Positions 49,514 through 59,522 of a stretch of 64,000 bases of DNA are shown here, one piece after another. Below the pieces are notes generated by a model that worked only from the letters and a program-made list of their open reading frames with translations, searched no databases and was not told where the DNA came from. The first letter of the stretch is position 1. The number at the start of each line of letters is the position of its first letter. A program made the position numbers and the translations under genes. The stretch is from an uncultured Bacillota bacterium (GTDB taxonomy: Bacteria > Sysuimicrobiota > Sysuimicrobiia > Sysuimicrobiales > Segetimicrobiaceae). The stretch is from the NCBI GenBank assembly GCA_963804645.1, contig CAWDRG010000015.1:384001-448000 (forward strand), in the 5' to 3' direction.

Positions 49514-50896
49514 ATGGGGATCGAACGAGCCGAGGCGCGCATCGACGCGGAGTTCGAGCAGCATCTCGACCGCGTGCGAGCGTTCGTCCGCCAGCCGAGC
49601 GTCAGCGGGGAAGGCGTGGGCATGCAGGAGATGGCGCGGCTGGTCCACGACACGATCGCCGGTCTCGGGGGGCGCGGGGAGATCGTGCCGACGCCGGGCT
49701 GGCCGGTCGTGTACGGCGCGATCGACGCCGGCCGGCCGAAGACGCTGCTGCTGTACGGGATGTACGATGTCCAGCCGGTCGACGGGGAGGACTGGCAGGT
49801 GCCGCCGTTTGCCGGGGAGACCGTCAACCTGCCGGAGTTCGGGCCCAGCATCGTGGCCCGCGGGATCTACAACACCAAGGGGCCGCTCGCGGGAATGTTC
49901 AACGTGCTCGAGGCCATCCAGCGGGCGGACGGCCGCCTGCCCGTGAACGTGAAGTTCGTCGTCGAGGGCGAAGAGGAGCTGGGCAGCCGGAATCTGCCCA
50001 GGTTCGTGGAGGCGTACCGCGACAAACTCCGCGCCGACGCCACGTACTTCGCCTTCTACTGTCAGGACCGCCACGGCAAGCCGGTCCTCTGGCTCGGCGT
50101 GAAGGGAATCCAATACTTCGAAGTGGCCTGCCGCGGCGGCGTGTGGGGCGGCCCGCGCTCACGCGGCGTGCACGGGAGCAACGCGGTGTGGGTCGGGAGT
50201 CCGGCGTGGCGCCTCGTGCGCGCCCTCGCGACCATGATGGACGACGACGAGCAGATTCAGGTCGCCGGGCTGCGCGACGACGTGGTGCCGCCGAGCGCCG
50301 AGGACGAGGCGCTCCTCGGCGTCCTCGCGGAGACCTTCGACCCGGCCACGCACCTGTGGGACTGGGACGCCGGCCGGTTCAAGTATCCGCACGATCGCGC
50401 GTCGCTGCTACGCCACTATCTGTACGATCCGACGCTCAACATCGACGGCATCTGGGGCGGGTACACCGGCCCTGGGATGAAGACGCTGCTGCCGCACGAG
50501 GTGCGGGTCAAGATGGACGTGCGTCTCGTGCCGAACATGGAGCCCGAGCGGGTGCGCGAGGCGCTGCGCGCCCATCTCGCGCGGCTCGGCCGGCCGGACA
50601 TCTCGGTGCACTTCTACGACGGCTATCCCCCGGCGAAGACCAGCATCACGGAGCCGTCGGTGCAGGCGCTGCTGCGGGCGCTGCGCTCGCTCGGCCGGGA
50701 GCCGGAGGTGTGGCCCCACCTTGCCGGATCCGCGCCGTTCTATCTGTTTCGGCGGACGCTCGGCCAGCCGTTCGTGGCCGGCGGCCTCGGACACGGCGGC
50801 CGCCCCCACAGCCCGAACGAATACGCGACGATCGAGGGCATGCGTCTGTTCGAGCGGTCGGTCGCGCGCTTCTTCTACGAGTTCGCCGGCGGGTAG
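49514..50896 (+). CDS. M20/M25/M40 family metallo-hydrolase
   Basis: YGMYDVQP, ARG..NTKG, EGEEELGS and HSPNE. Confidence 0.88.
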   Translation: MGIERAEARIDAEFEQHLDRVRAFVRQPSVSGEGVGMQEMARLVHDTIAGLGGRGEIVPTPGWPVVYGAIDAGRPKTLLLYGMYDVQPVDGEDWQVPPFAGETVNLPEFGPSIVARGIYNTKGPLAGMFNVLEAIQRADGRLPVNVKFVVEGEEELGSRNLPRFVEAYRDKLRADATYFAFYCQDRHGKPVLWLGVKGIQYFEVACRGGVWGGPRSRGVHGSNAVWVGSPAWRLVRALATMMDDDEQIQVAGLRDDVVPPSAEDEALLGVLAETFDPATHLWDWDAGRFKYPHDRASLLRHYLYDPTLNIDGIWGGYTGPGMKTLLPHEVRVKMDVRLVPNMEPERVREALRAHLARLGRPDISVHFYDGYPPAKTSITEPSVQALLRALRSLGREPEVWPHLAGSAPFYLFRRTLGQPFVAGGLGHGGRPHSPNEYATIEGMRLFERSVARFFYEFAGG

Positions 50897-50928
50897 ACGC
50901 GCCGCGGGCCCGTGTGAGCGCGCGCCCG

Positions 50929-52767
50929 CTAGCCCGCCCGCTCGCGCTCCTGATCCTGGAACTGCAGCCGGTACAGCTTGGCGTAGATCCCGTGCTGGCG
51001 GAGCAGGTCTTCGTGCCGGCCCTGTTCGGCGACGCGCCCCTTGTGCAGCACGAGGATGCGGTCGGCGTGACGGATCGTGGACAGCCGATGGGCGATCGTG
51101 ACCGACGTCCGGCCGCGCATGGCCGTCGCCATGGCGCGCTGGATCAGCGCTTCGGTCTCCGCGTCCACGCTGCTCGTCGCCTCGTCCAGCACGAGCAGGA
51201 TCTCCGGGTCCGCGGCGAGCGCCCGCGCGAATGCGATCAGCTGCTTTTGGCCGACCGACAGCCCGCCGCCCCGCTCGCGGAGTTCCGCCGCGTACCCTCC
51301 GGGCAGCGCCGAGATGAACCGATCGGCGCCGACGCGCTCGGCGATCCGACGCACGTCGTCCGTCGAGAGCGCGGGGTTTGCGAGGCGGATGTTGCTCTCG
51401 ACGGTGCCCGCGAAGAGGAACACGTCTTGGAGGACGAGGCCGATGCGTCGGCGCAGCTCCCGCTGCGCGACCTGCCGTACGTCGACGCCGTCGACCAGCA
51501 CCTGTCCCCGCTGCGGGTCGTAGAAGCGGGTGAGCAGATTCAAGATCGAGGTCTTCCCGGCGCCGGTGTGCCCCACGAGTGCCACGGCTTCTCCCGGTTC
51601 GATCGTGAATGAGACCCCGCGCAGCGCCCACGTGTCGTCGTTATCGTACGAAAACCACACGTCCCTGAATTCGATGCGTCCCTGGGGCGCGGGCAGCACG
51701 ACCGGGACCGGCGGATCCTCCACGGTCACCGGTTCGTCGAGGACGCGGAAGATGCGCTCCGAGGACGCCATCGCCGTCTGGAGGATGTTGAATTTGTCCG
51801 ACAGGTCGCGCAGCGGGTCGAAGAACCGCTCCGCGTACTGGACGGCGGCGACCAGCACCCCGAGGGTCGCGGCGTGGCGGACCACCTGGCCGCCGCCGTA
51901 CCACAGCAGGACGGCGACCCCGGCGGATCCCAAGAACTGAATCGCCGGGTAGAACAGCGAGTAGTTTTTCGTCGAGTTCAGATTGGCCGCGTACAGATCC
52001 GTATTCAGCTCGTCGAAGCGCCGCAGTGTCTGGGGTTCCTGGTTGAACAGCTGGGTGATCGTCATCCCCATGATGTGTTCGTTCAGGAACGCGTTGAGGC
52101 GGGCGAGGCGAGTCCGCACGGCACGGTAGATGTCCCGCGATCGCAGCCGGAAGCGTTCGGTCACCGCGTACACCACCGGCAGCACGGTGAACGCGGCGAG
52201 CGCCAGCCGCCAATCCATCCACAGCATGATCGCCGCGATGCCGAGGAGCGTTGCGATGTCGCCGAAGATCGCCACCACGCCCGAGGTGACGAGGTCGTTC
52301 AGCGCGTCCACGTCGTTGGTGACGCGCGTCACGAGCCGTCCCACCGGCGCCCGGTTGAAGAACGCCATCGGAAGCCGCTGGAGGTGCTCGAACATCTGCC
52401 CCCGCATGTCCGCCATCACGCCCTGGCCCACGAACTGCATCAAGTAGCTCTGGAACCAGTGCGCGACAAACCCGATCGCCAGGATCACGACGTACAGCAC
52501 GGCCACCCCGGCGAGCCCGCGCAGATCGCCGGCGCTGGATCCGGGCCCGCCGGGCAGGTGCGGGACGCCGGCGGGCGCGATGTAGCGGTCGATCGCGATC
52601 CGGTACAGCCACGGGCCGGCCAGATCGGTCGCGGAGCCGAGGAGCAGCGCCGCGATGGCGGCCGCCACCGCGCTCCGGTACGGGCGGACGTACGCCAAGA
52701 GACGCCGCATCAGGCGAGCGTCGTACGCCCGGCCGAGGATGTCGTCGTCTTCGAGGAGGTGACTCAT
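50929..52767 (-). CDS. ABC exporter, fused permease/ATPase (heterodimer subunit)
   Basis: TM domain, GHTGAGKT, LSVGQKQ and VLDEATS. Confidence 0.93.
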   Translation of the reverse strand: MSHLLEDDDILGRAYDARLMRRLLAYVRPYRSAVAAAIAALLLGSATDLAGPWLYRIAIDRYIAPAGVPHLPGGPGSSAGDLRGLAGVAVLYVVILAIGFVAHWFQSYLMQFVGQGVMADMRGQMFEHLQRLPMAFFNRAPVGRLVTRVTNDVDALNDLVTSGVVAIFGDIATLLGIAAIMLWMDWRLALAAFTVLPVVYAVTERFRLRSRDIYRAVRTRLARLNAFLNEHIMGMTITQLFNQEPQTLRRFDELNTDLYAANLNSTKNYSLFYPAIQFLGSAGVAVLLWYGGGQVVRHAATLGVLVAAVQYAERFFDPLRDLSDKFNILQTAMASSERIFRVLDEPVTVEDPPVPVVLPAPQGRIEFRDVWFSYDNDDTWALRGVSFTIEPGEAVALVGHTGAGKTSILNLLTRFYDPQRGQVLVDGVDVRQVAQRELRRRIGLVLQDVFLFAGTVESNIRLANPALSTDDVRRIAERVGADRFISALPGGYAAELRERGGGLSVGQKQLIAFARALAADPEILLVLDEATSSVDAETEALIQRAMATAMRGRTSVTIAHRLSTIRHADRILVLHKGRVAEQGRHEDLLRQHGIYAKLYRLQFQDQERERAG

Positions 52768-54590
52768 GCGTCCGGTCCGTCCGGCGGGACCAGCGCCGCG
52801 GCCGCGTCGCGGTGGTCGGGCGTGGGGTCTGCCGCCTCCAGCTCCTCTTGCAGCAGCTGCCGCTCATAGAGATCCGCGTACAGGCCCCCTTGGGCGACGA
52901 GGGTCTCGTGCGCGCCTTCCTCCGCGACGCGGCCGTCGCGGAGCACGACGATCCAATCGGCGTGCTTGATCGCGGAGATGCGGTGCGAGATCACGAGACA
53001 CGTCCGCGACGCCATGACGTCCCGCAACCGCGCGAGAATGCGCCGCTCCGTGTCCGTGTCGACGCTGCTCAGCGCGTCGTCGAGAATCAGGATCCGCGGG
53101 TCGCGGATCACCGCCCGGGCGAGCGCGGTCCGCTGCTTCTGTCCTCCGGAGAGGGTCACGCCCCGCTCGCCCACGACCGTCTCGTAGCCCGCCGGGAAGC
53201 CCTCGATGTCGACCGTGAGCTGGGCGACGTCGGCGGCCGCCGCGACCGGGTCACGCCCGTCGGTCAGCGCACGCCGGCCGGCGTCGCCGTGATCGTCGCG
53301 GCCGAGGGCGATGTTTTCCCGGAGCGTGTCGGAAAACAGGAACGTCTCTTGCGGCACGAGCGCGATCGCACGCCGCACCGACGCGAGCGTCAGATGGCGG
53401 ACGTCCTGACCGTCGATGAGCACCTGGCCTTCGACGGGATCGTACAGGCGCGGGACGAGTCCCACGAGCGTGCTCTTGCCGGCGCCGGTCGGCCCGACGA
53501 TCGCGACGGTGCGGCCCGCGGGAATGGTCAGCGAGACGTCCCGGAGCACCGGCTGGCCGTCGAACGCGACGGTGACGTGCCGGAACTCGATCGCCCCGCG
53601 GGGCGCCGTGAGGACGCCCGCGTCGGGGTCGTCCCGTACATCCGGGGGCGTGGCGAAGATCTCGTCCAGTCGAATCATCGACGCGCTTCCCTGCTGCCAC
53701 AGGTTCGTGATCCAGCCGAGCGCGATCATCGGGAAGCTTAACCGGGCCAGGTAGTACGAGAACTGCACGAGCTGCCCCAGCGTGAGGCGACCTCCGATCA
53801 CCTCGCCGCCGCCCTGCCAGAGGAGGATGACGGACGCGACGCCGACGACGAGGCCGATCGCCGGCCACAGGGCGCCCTGGACCCGCGCCAGCCGCAAGTT
53901 CGTGTGGCCGACCAGATCCACCTCGCGGCGGAAGCGCGCGCTCTCGGCCGGCTCCTGCGCGAACGCCTTGACGACGCGGATGCCGCTGAAGTTTTCCTGC
54001 GCCCGCGTCGACAAGGCGCTGAACTGCGCCTGGACCTGATCGAACCGCCGGTGAATCTCACGCCCGAGGAACAGAAACAGCAGGGTGATCACCGGCAGGA
54101 CCGAGAGCATCGAGAGCGTGAGCCGCGGGCTCAGGCTGAACATGAACGCGATCGAGGCCACCAGCATGATGGTGGTCTGCACGGAGCGCATCAACCCGAC
54201 GCCCGCGAGGCGCTGGACCGCGCGGATGTCGTTCACGGCCCGGGCCATCAGGTCGCCGGTGGGCACCCGCTGGAAGAACGCCAGCGACATGCGCTGCAGG
54301 TGCGCGAAGTAGTCGTGGCGCAGCTCCGATTCAATCCGGTACGCCGTGCCGAGGATCTGGATGCGTGTCAGATAGCTGGAGGCGTTCTCGGCCAGCGCAA
54401 AGAGCAGCAGCGCGCCGGCGAGCAGCGCGAGCCGCGTCCCCGCCTGTCCGCGCTGGATCGCGTCGATCGCGCCGCGCAGGACCCACGGCGCGGACATCGC
54501 CATGGCGACGGAGAACGCCGACGCCGCGTACCCGATCACGTACGCGCGCCGGTGCCGAAGGACGTACTGCCAGAAGCGTCTGCTGTGCAT
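52764..54590 (-). CDS. ABC exporter, fused permease/ATPase (heterodimer subunit with degenerate Walker B)
   Basis: GPTGAGKS, LSGGQKQR and ILDDALS. Confidence 0.93.
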   Translation of the reverse strand: MHSRRFWQYVLRHRRAYVIGYAASAFSVAMAMSAPWVLRGAIDAIQRGQAGTRLALLAGALLLFALAENASSYLTRIQILGTAYRIESELRHDYFAHLQRMSLAFFQRVPTGDLMARAVNDIRAVQRLAGVGLMRSVQTTIMLVASIAFMFSLSPRLTLSMLSVLPVITLLFLFLGREIHRRFDQVQAQFSALSTRAQENFSGIRVVKAFAQEPAESARFRREVDLVGHTNLRLARVQGALWPAIGLVVGVASVILLWQGGGEVIGGRLTLGQLVQFSYYLARLSFPMIALGWITNLWQQGSASMIRLDEIFATPPDVRDDPDAGVLTAPRGAIEFRHVTVAFDGQPVLRDVSLTIPAGRTVAIVGPTGAGKSTLVGLVPRLYDPVEGQVLIDGQDVRHLTLASVRRAIALVPQETFLFSDTLRENIALGRDDHGDAGRRALTDGRDPVAAAADVAQLTVDIEGFPAGYETVVGERGVTLSGGQKQRTALARAVIRDPRILILDDALSSVDTDTERRILARLRDVMASRTCLVISHRISAIKHADWIVVLRDGRVAEEGAHETLVAQGGLYADLYERQLLQEELEAADPTPDHRDAAAALVPPDGPDA

Positions 54591-54642
54591 GCTCTACGTG
54601 GAAGGAACGAGCAAACGGGACGGCGTATGCCGCCCCGCGCCG

Positions 54643-55284
54643 CTACCGCCGCTGGGCGAGCACCACCCCGTCGCGCAGCGGCACGAGCACGCTCGCGAAC
54701 TCGGGGTCTGCAAACACGGTGCGCGTGAGCTCCCGGACCCCCTCGGTATCCGGGTCCGTGGCCGACGCATCGAGGACGCGACCGGACCACAGCATGTTGT
54801 CGACGATCATGAGCCCGCCGGACGGCAGGTGGGACTTGATCACCGGGAGCGACGCCGGGTACGCTTTCTTGTTGATGTCATTAAAGATGATCTCAAACGT
54901 GCCGTCCGTGCGGCCGAGCTCCGCGACGGCTTCGCCTACCCGGTACCGGACGATCCCGTCGAGGCCGAGCCGGCCGAGATACCCTCGCGCCGAACCCGAC
55001 AGCGCCTCGTCCCAGACCACATGGGTCACCTCTCCGCCGCCGTTGTCGCGGACGCCCATCGCGAACCATGCGGTGGAGTATCCGAACCCCGATCCCATCT
55101 CAAAGACCCGGCGCGCACCCCGGAGCCGGGTGAGCAGATAGAGCAACTGGCCGACGGCGGGGCCGACGATCGGGAAGCGCTCCTTCCGGGCGCGGGCCTC
55201 CATCTCCTCGAGCACCGGGTCCCGCCGGGGCATGATCTCCTCGAGATACTGCGAGATCGCGGATAGGTCGAGCGGTCGGGCCAT
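54643..55284 (-). CDS. Class I SAM-dependent O-methyltransferase
   Basis: FPIVGPAVG, FEMGSGFGYS and IVDNMLWSG. RBS GAGGAG before ATG 55284. Confidence 0.9.
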   Translation of the reverse strand: MARPLDLSAISQYLEEIMPRRDPVLEEMEARARKERFPIVGPAVGQLLYLLTRLRGARRVFEMGSGFGYSTAWFAMGVRDNGGGEVTHVVWDEALSGSARGYLGRLGLDGIVRYRVGEAVAELGRTDGTFEIIFNDINKKAYPASLPVIKSHLPSGGLMIVDNMLWSGRVLDASATDPDTEGVRELTRTVFADPEFASVLVPLRDGVVLAQRR

Positions 55285-55536
55285 GGTGATCTCCTCTCCT
55301 CGGCACCTGTCGGGCGTCCACGTCCGTGACTGCCGCCGTACGTTTGTCTGCGCGACCGTGTGCGGTATCTCCTTGTTGGAGCCGGGGCACGGCAGGTGTT
55401 CGGCGCAGGTGTCGCCGGAGCGCCGCGTCGAATGGCGCGGGGGCAGCGGTTCGGTCTCGCCTGGGAGCGGGCCGAGTCGGTTGACACGGATCGGTGGCCC
55501 AACGGACGCGGCGCGGCCGCGCAGAGCGGGGGAGCT

Positions 55537-56311
55537 ATGTATCTCGGGTGCAGTTCTCAATCGTACGACGACGTCCTGCAGAGCGGGGAGCTCACGCTGG
55601 TCGATTGGCTCACGCTGGCGGCGGACGACCTTGGGCTCCGCGCGGTGGAGTTGGAGGACAAGCACATCGGAGACCCGACGCCCGCGCGGCTGGATCAGCT
55701 GCGTGCCGCCGCGGAACGACACGGCCTGGAACTTGTGAACATCGCGTTGATGAACAACTTCGGCGTCGAGCGCGCAGACCGCCGGGCCGGCGAGGAGGCC
55801 CGCACGATCGAATGGATCGCTGTCGCACGGCGTCTCGGGGCACGGCATCTGCGGACCTTCGCCGGGTGGCCGGAGGGGGACCGCGAGGCGCGCTGGCCGG
55901 GGATGGTGGCGTCGCTGCGACTCGTGTGCGCAGGCGCGGCGGCGGCGGGGATGCCGCTCGTGATGGAAAACCACAACCACGGGGGATTCGTCCAGACCGC
56001 CGCGGATGTGGAGGCGATTTTCGGCGCCGTCGCGAGCCCCGCGCTCGGGCTGCTGCTGGATACGGGGAACTTTCTCGACGGTCTGCCGTCGATCATCCGG
56101 ACGGCGCCGCTGGCCGCGCACGTCCACGCCAAATGCATGCGCATCGCACCGGACGGGCATGACGAGCGGGTGGACAACGAAGGCGCGCTGCGTGCCGTGA
56201 GCGGCCGCCGGCTACCGGGGCTGCGTGTCGGTGGAGTACGAAGGCGAGGAGCCGAGCCGGACCGCCGTGCCTCGCGCGATCCAGTTTCTCCGCCGGCTGC
56301 TCGGCGAGTAG
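55537..56311 (+). CDS. Sugar phosphate isomerase/epimerase (xylose isomerase-like TIM barrel); frameshift near 56200
   Basis: MENHNH, LDTGNF and HVHAK. The shifted frame gives GYRGCVSVEYEG. Confidence 0.85.
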
Positions 56312-56333
56312 CTTCCGCCCGGGCGCCGGTCGC

Positions 56334-57248
56334 ATGCGCACCGTCGTCGTCACGGGTTCGCACGGGCTGATCGGGTCGGCCCTCGTGCCCGCGCTGGAGG
56401 CCGGGGGAGCCCGTGTGATCCCGCTGGTGCGCGCCGCAGGCGCGCCCCGGCCGGGCGCGCTGTCCTGGGATCCCAGCCGGGGGCGGCTCGATCCGGGCGG
56501 CCTGGAGGGCGTCGACGCGGTCGTTCACTTGGGCGGGGAGAATATCGCGGCGGGGCGGTGGACGGCCGACCGAAAGACGCGCATCCGGCGCAGCCGGATC
56601 GAAGGCACGGCGCTGCTCGCGCGTACGCTGGCAGGGCCTGGGACGCGCCCGCGCGTCTTTGTGTGCGCGTCCGCCACCGGCTACTATGGCGATCGCGGCG
56701 ACGAGGTATTGGATGAGGAGAGCCCTCCGGGAACCGGCTTTCTGGCCGACGTGTGCCGGGAGTGGGAGGCCGCGGCCGATCCCGCCCGGGCCGCAGGCGT
56801 CCGTGTCGTGCATCTTCGAACGGGAACGGTGCTGTCGACGACCGGAGGGGCGCTTGGCCAGCTGCTTCCCGTCTTTCGCATGGGGGCGGGGGGACCGCTC
56901 GGCAGCGGCAGGCAGTACATGAGCTGGATCGCGCTGGCGGACGCGGTGGCGGTGATTCAGCACCTGCTGGCGCACGAGGAGATCGCGGGACCCGTGAATG
57001 TCGTGGCGCCCCACCCCGTCACCAACCAGGAGTTTACCCGGGCGCTGGGCCGGGTGCTCCACCGGCCGACGCTTGTCTCTGTTCCGGCCGTGGCGCTGCG
57101 GATGCTATTTGGTGAGCTCGCCGACAGCGCGCTGCTGGCGAGCGCGCGCGTCGAGCCGGTCCGGCTGCTCCGGTCGGGGTATGCGTTCCGGCTGCCCGAG
57201 ATCGAGGGCGCCCTTCGCGCGCTCGTGTCCCCGGGCGCACGTAGCTGA
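56334..57248 (+). CDS. TIGR01777-family NAD-dependent epimerase/oxidoreductase
   Basis: VTGSHGLIG, SATGYYGD, GSGRQYMSWI and GPVNVVAP. Confidence 0.9.
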   Translation: MRTVVVTGSHGLIGSALVPALEAGGARVIPLVRAAGAPRPGALSWDPSRGRLDPGGLEGVDAVVHLGGENIAAGRWTADRKTRIRRSRIEGTALLARTLAGPGTRPRVFVCASATGYYGDRGDEVLDEESPPGTGFLADVCREWEAAADPARAAGVRVVHLRTGTVLSTTGGALGQLLPVFRMGAGGPLGSGRQYMSWIALADAVAVIQHLLAHEEIAGPVNVVAPHPVTNQEFTRALGRVLHRPTLVSVPAVALRMLFGELADSALLASARVEPVRLLRSGYAFRLPEIEGALRALVSPGARS

Positions 57249-57257
57249 ACGGGGGGG

Positions 57258-57287
57258 TTGCGGGCGAGGCGACGGGTTGGATATAAT
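57258..57287 (+). promoter_or_regulatory. Promoter of the tRNA gene
   Basis: TTGCGG, 18 nt, TATAAT (57282-57287). Confidence 0.5.
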
Positions 57288-57361
57288 TGGGTCGGCCTCC
57301 TGGTGTGAGCGGGGCGGCGGTCCGTGTGCGGCGGAACGCGACAAACGGTGCGAACGTCTGT

Positions 57362-57437
57362 GGGGACGTAGCTCAGCTGGGAGAGCGCCTGAATCGCACT
57401 CAGGAGGTCGGCGGTTCAAATCCGCTCGTCTCCACCA
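57362..57437 (+). tRNA. tRNA-Ala (anticodon CGC)
   Basis: 76-nt cloverleaf: GGGGACG/CGTCTCC acceptor stem with G3:U70, CCTGA/TCAGG anticodon stem with loop ATCGCAC, GGTTCAAATCC T-arm and encoded CCA. Confidence 0.96.
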
Positions 57438-58495
57438 TCGAAAAGAATTCGAACCACCGTCCCGGTTTGTCACTTCCTCGGGGGTTTCCAGGAGCGTCAG
57501 GGTATTGAGTGACGTGGTGGCTCGGTAGTAGGGGGCGGCCGATCCGGCCTCTCGTCGGCTCAAGGCGTAACGGACCGAGCAGGGTCCTGAGGATCGGTCC
57601 GGAGCGGCCGGGGGTTCGCTCGAGGATCTCTTTGAATTGACCGAGGCGCTCCTCGAGCCATTCCAGCGGTGGCGCTTGGAAGACTTTGTCCCGACTGCGG
57701 CGCAATCCGTGAAGCTCGTCGTTGAGCGAGGTCACTTTGCGTTCGGTGTCTTCCAGGGCCTGCGCGACGCTGCGGCTGCCGCGGCCCTCGCCGATGAAAT
57801 CGAGAAAGTTCGCCAGCCGCCGTTCTTCGGCGATGGAGTTCGGTCTCCTTCAGCCGGATGGCGTCCGGGACATGCGCATACAGTTTGGCGACTTCCTCCT
57901 CCACGCGCCGGAGGGTGTACTGGAGGTGTGCGGGCTTCGACAGCCGTTCGCGGACGGCCTCGAGGACGATCCGTTCCACCAAGGTGCGGCGGACGAGCAA
58001 TTTGTTGTCGCAGGCGCCCTTGGTGGCGCCAATGCACCCGTAGTACCCGCCCGCTTTCCCGCTCACCTGGCCGATGGTGGCCCCACAGAGACCGCAGACG
58101 AGCGTCCCGGAGAGCAGGTGGGTGGGGAAGAGCTGCTCGCGGCCTCCTTGGGCGGCGGAGAATCCGCGGCGTCCCTTCCCGCCCGGCCAGCTGCGTCGGA
58201 CCTCGAGGCGGCGGGCGCGGACAGCGTCCCACACGTCCGCCGGCACGATGCGCAACGTCGCGTCCTCGTGGGCGATCCATTCCGAGGCCGGCTTCGGAAA
58301 GGGACGCCGTCTGCCGGTTTTGGGATCTCGGCGCAGTTCGTGCTTGTTCCAGACCCAGTGGCCCACGTATTTCTCATTGTCGAGGAGGCGGCTCACCGTC
58401 GCCGGCGACCAGCCGTTGGCGGATGCGAATGCGGCCGGGCACGGCATCCTGATTCAGCAGGCGGACGATGCGGATGAGGGCCACGGCGAATTCGA
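57438..58495 (-). pseudogene. Large serine recombinase remnant (recombinase, zinc-ribbon and coiled-coil domains; catalytic N-terminal domain absent)
   Basis: IVRLLNQDAVPG / GWSPATVSRLLDNEKYVG / LRIVPADVW / LLSG.LVCG.CG / YYGC...C. Frameshifts near 58424, 57835 and 57535. Confidence 0.8.
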
Positions 58496-58549
58496 GCACA
58501 TTCCGGGCGGAGAAGCGGCGACTGCTGCCGCGCCCGTTGGCACGTGCTC

Positions 58550-58813
58550 TCATGACGGCGCAAGACGCGCGCTCGTCAAATGGGTGTGCCTGTGCTTGTT
58601 CGCGTAGTGTCGCCGACGTCCGCGTTGTCCGCTCCCAACCACCCACCGCCACAGTCTCGGGCGGCTGAGACGAACCGCACGACCCAAGCGAATAGTGATC
58701 CCCTCCGGGAAAACACCCTGAGCTACAAGCGCATACAGTCTCCGCGGCGACATGCCAAGAAGCCTTGCAGCTTGCGGGACTGTGAGGAGCAACATGTTCT
58801 CTACTGCACTCAC
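58550..58813 (-). CDS. Excisionase-like helix-turn-helix protein
   Basis: LLTVPQAARLLGMSPRRLYALV..G.FP...IRLGRAVR. The C-terminus may be frameshifted. Confidence 0.75.
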   Translation of the reverse strand: MSAVENMLLLTVPQAARLLGMSPRRLYALVAQGVFPEGITIRLGRAVRLSRPRLWRWVVGSGQRGRRRHYANKHRHTHLTSARLAPS

Positions 58814-58959
58814 CTCGAGGTCTCGAAGGTGACGGGACCGGTTGCTGCGGGATCAGTGCGCCGGTGTATGAGGCTGTGGCGGGGGTTACCCGTGTTGAGG
58901 TTCGTCGTGATCGCCACCATGCGAACCCGTCTGATTGGCAGACCCAATTTACTACCGGT

Positions 58960-58988
58960 ATATTACTAATAGGAGGTCAGTTTGTCAA
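58960..58988 (-). promoter_or_regulatory. Leftward sigma70 promoter toward the excisionase-like gene
   Basis: The reverse strand reads TTGACA-17 nt-TAATAT. Confidence 0.6.
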
Positions 58989-59010
58989 GAGAGTCAAGAG
59001 AGTCAAGAGA
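58984..59010 (+). repeat. Three perfect tandem copies of GTCAAGAGA
   Basis: GTCAAGAGA GTCAAGAGA GTCAAGAGA read directly from the sequence. Confidence 0.9.
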
Positions 59011-59056
59011 GTTAGTATATGAGTGAGGGTAATAGAGTTTATGGTATAATCGGTCT

Positions 59057-59221
59057 ATGGCCAAGGTGAAATTATCGGGTTACCGCTGTGAGCGTTGCGG
59101 CCACGAATGGGTACCCCGCGAGAAGGGGCAAGAACCACGGGTATGCCCTAAGTGCAAGAGTTCCTATTGGGATGTCCCTCGCGGTAAGGGTAATACGCGA
59201 GACAAGAAGTCTCCAACATAG
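59057..59221 (+). CDS. Small C2C2 zinc-ribbon protein (54 aa), probably leaderless
   Basis: Hand translation: MAKVKLSGYRCERCGHEWVPREKGQEPRVCPKCKSSYWDVPRGKGNTRDKKSPT. TGG-TATAAT (59045-59050) ends 6 nt before the ATG. Confidence 0.8.
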   Translation: MAKVKLSGYRCERCGHEWVPREKGQEPRVCPKCKSSYWDVPRGKGNTRDKKSPT

Positions 59222-59249
59222 CCTGCAGCGGCGGGAAGGAGAGGGGTAA

Positions 59250-59522
59250 GTGCGGACTATCAAGGCAAAATACAGGACGCACGGCGGGTTCTTCGAACCA
59301 CTCGAGCCGGTGGAACTTCCCGATGAGGCTGTCGTCGATGTTGCTGTCCCCGACGCCGAAGCCGGAGAGAACATGGATGCTATCATCGTGGCCGAGCCGA
59401 CCGAGGAGACGATCGAGGCCTTTCACCGCTCCGCTGGTGGCTGGAAGGACCTGCTCACGGAGGAGTTCATCGCGGAGGTCCACAAGCGACGGGAAGTTCA
59501 GCGTCCACCGATTGACCTGTGA
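59250..59522 (+). CDS. Antitoxin, AF2212/DUF104-like
   Basis: TIKAKY...G.F.PLEPVELP..A.V.V pattern with an acidic tail. It overlaps the PIN gene (GTGA). Confidence 0.75.
   Translation: MRTIKAKYRTHGGFFEPLEPVELPDEAVVDVAVPDAEAGENMDAIIVAEPTEETIEAFHRSAGGWKDLLTEEFIAEVHKRREVQRPPIDL

Noticed and set aside
58984..59010. CRISPR array or replication iterons
   Set aside because: These are only three contiguous 9-bp units with no spacers, no cas genes and no rep gene. No CRISPR array was seen anywhere in the window.
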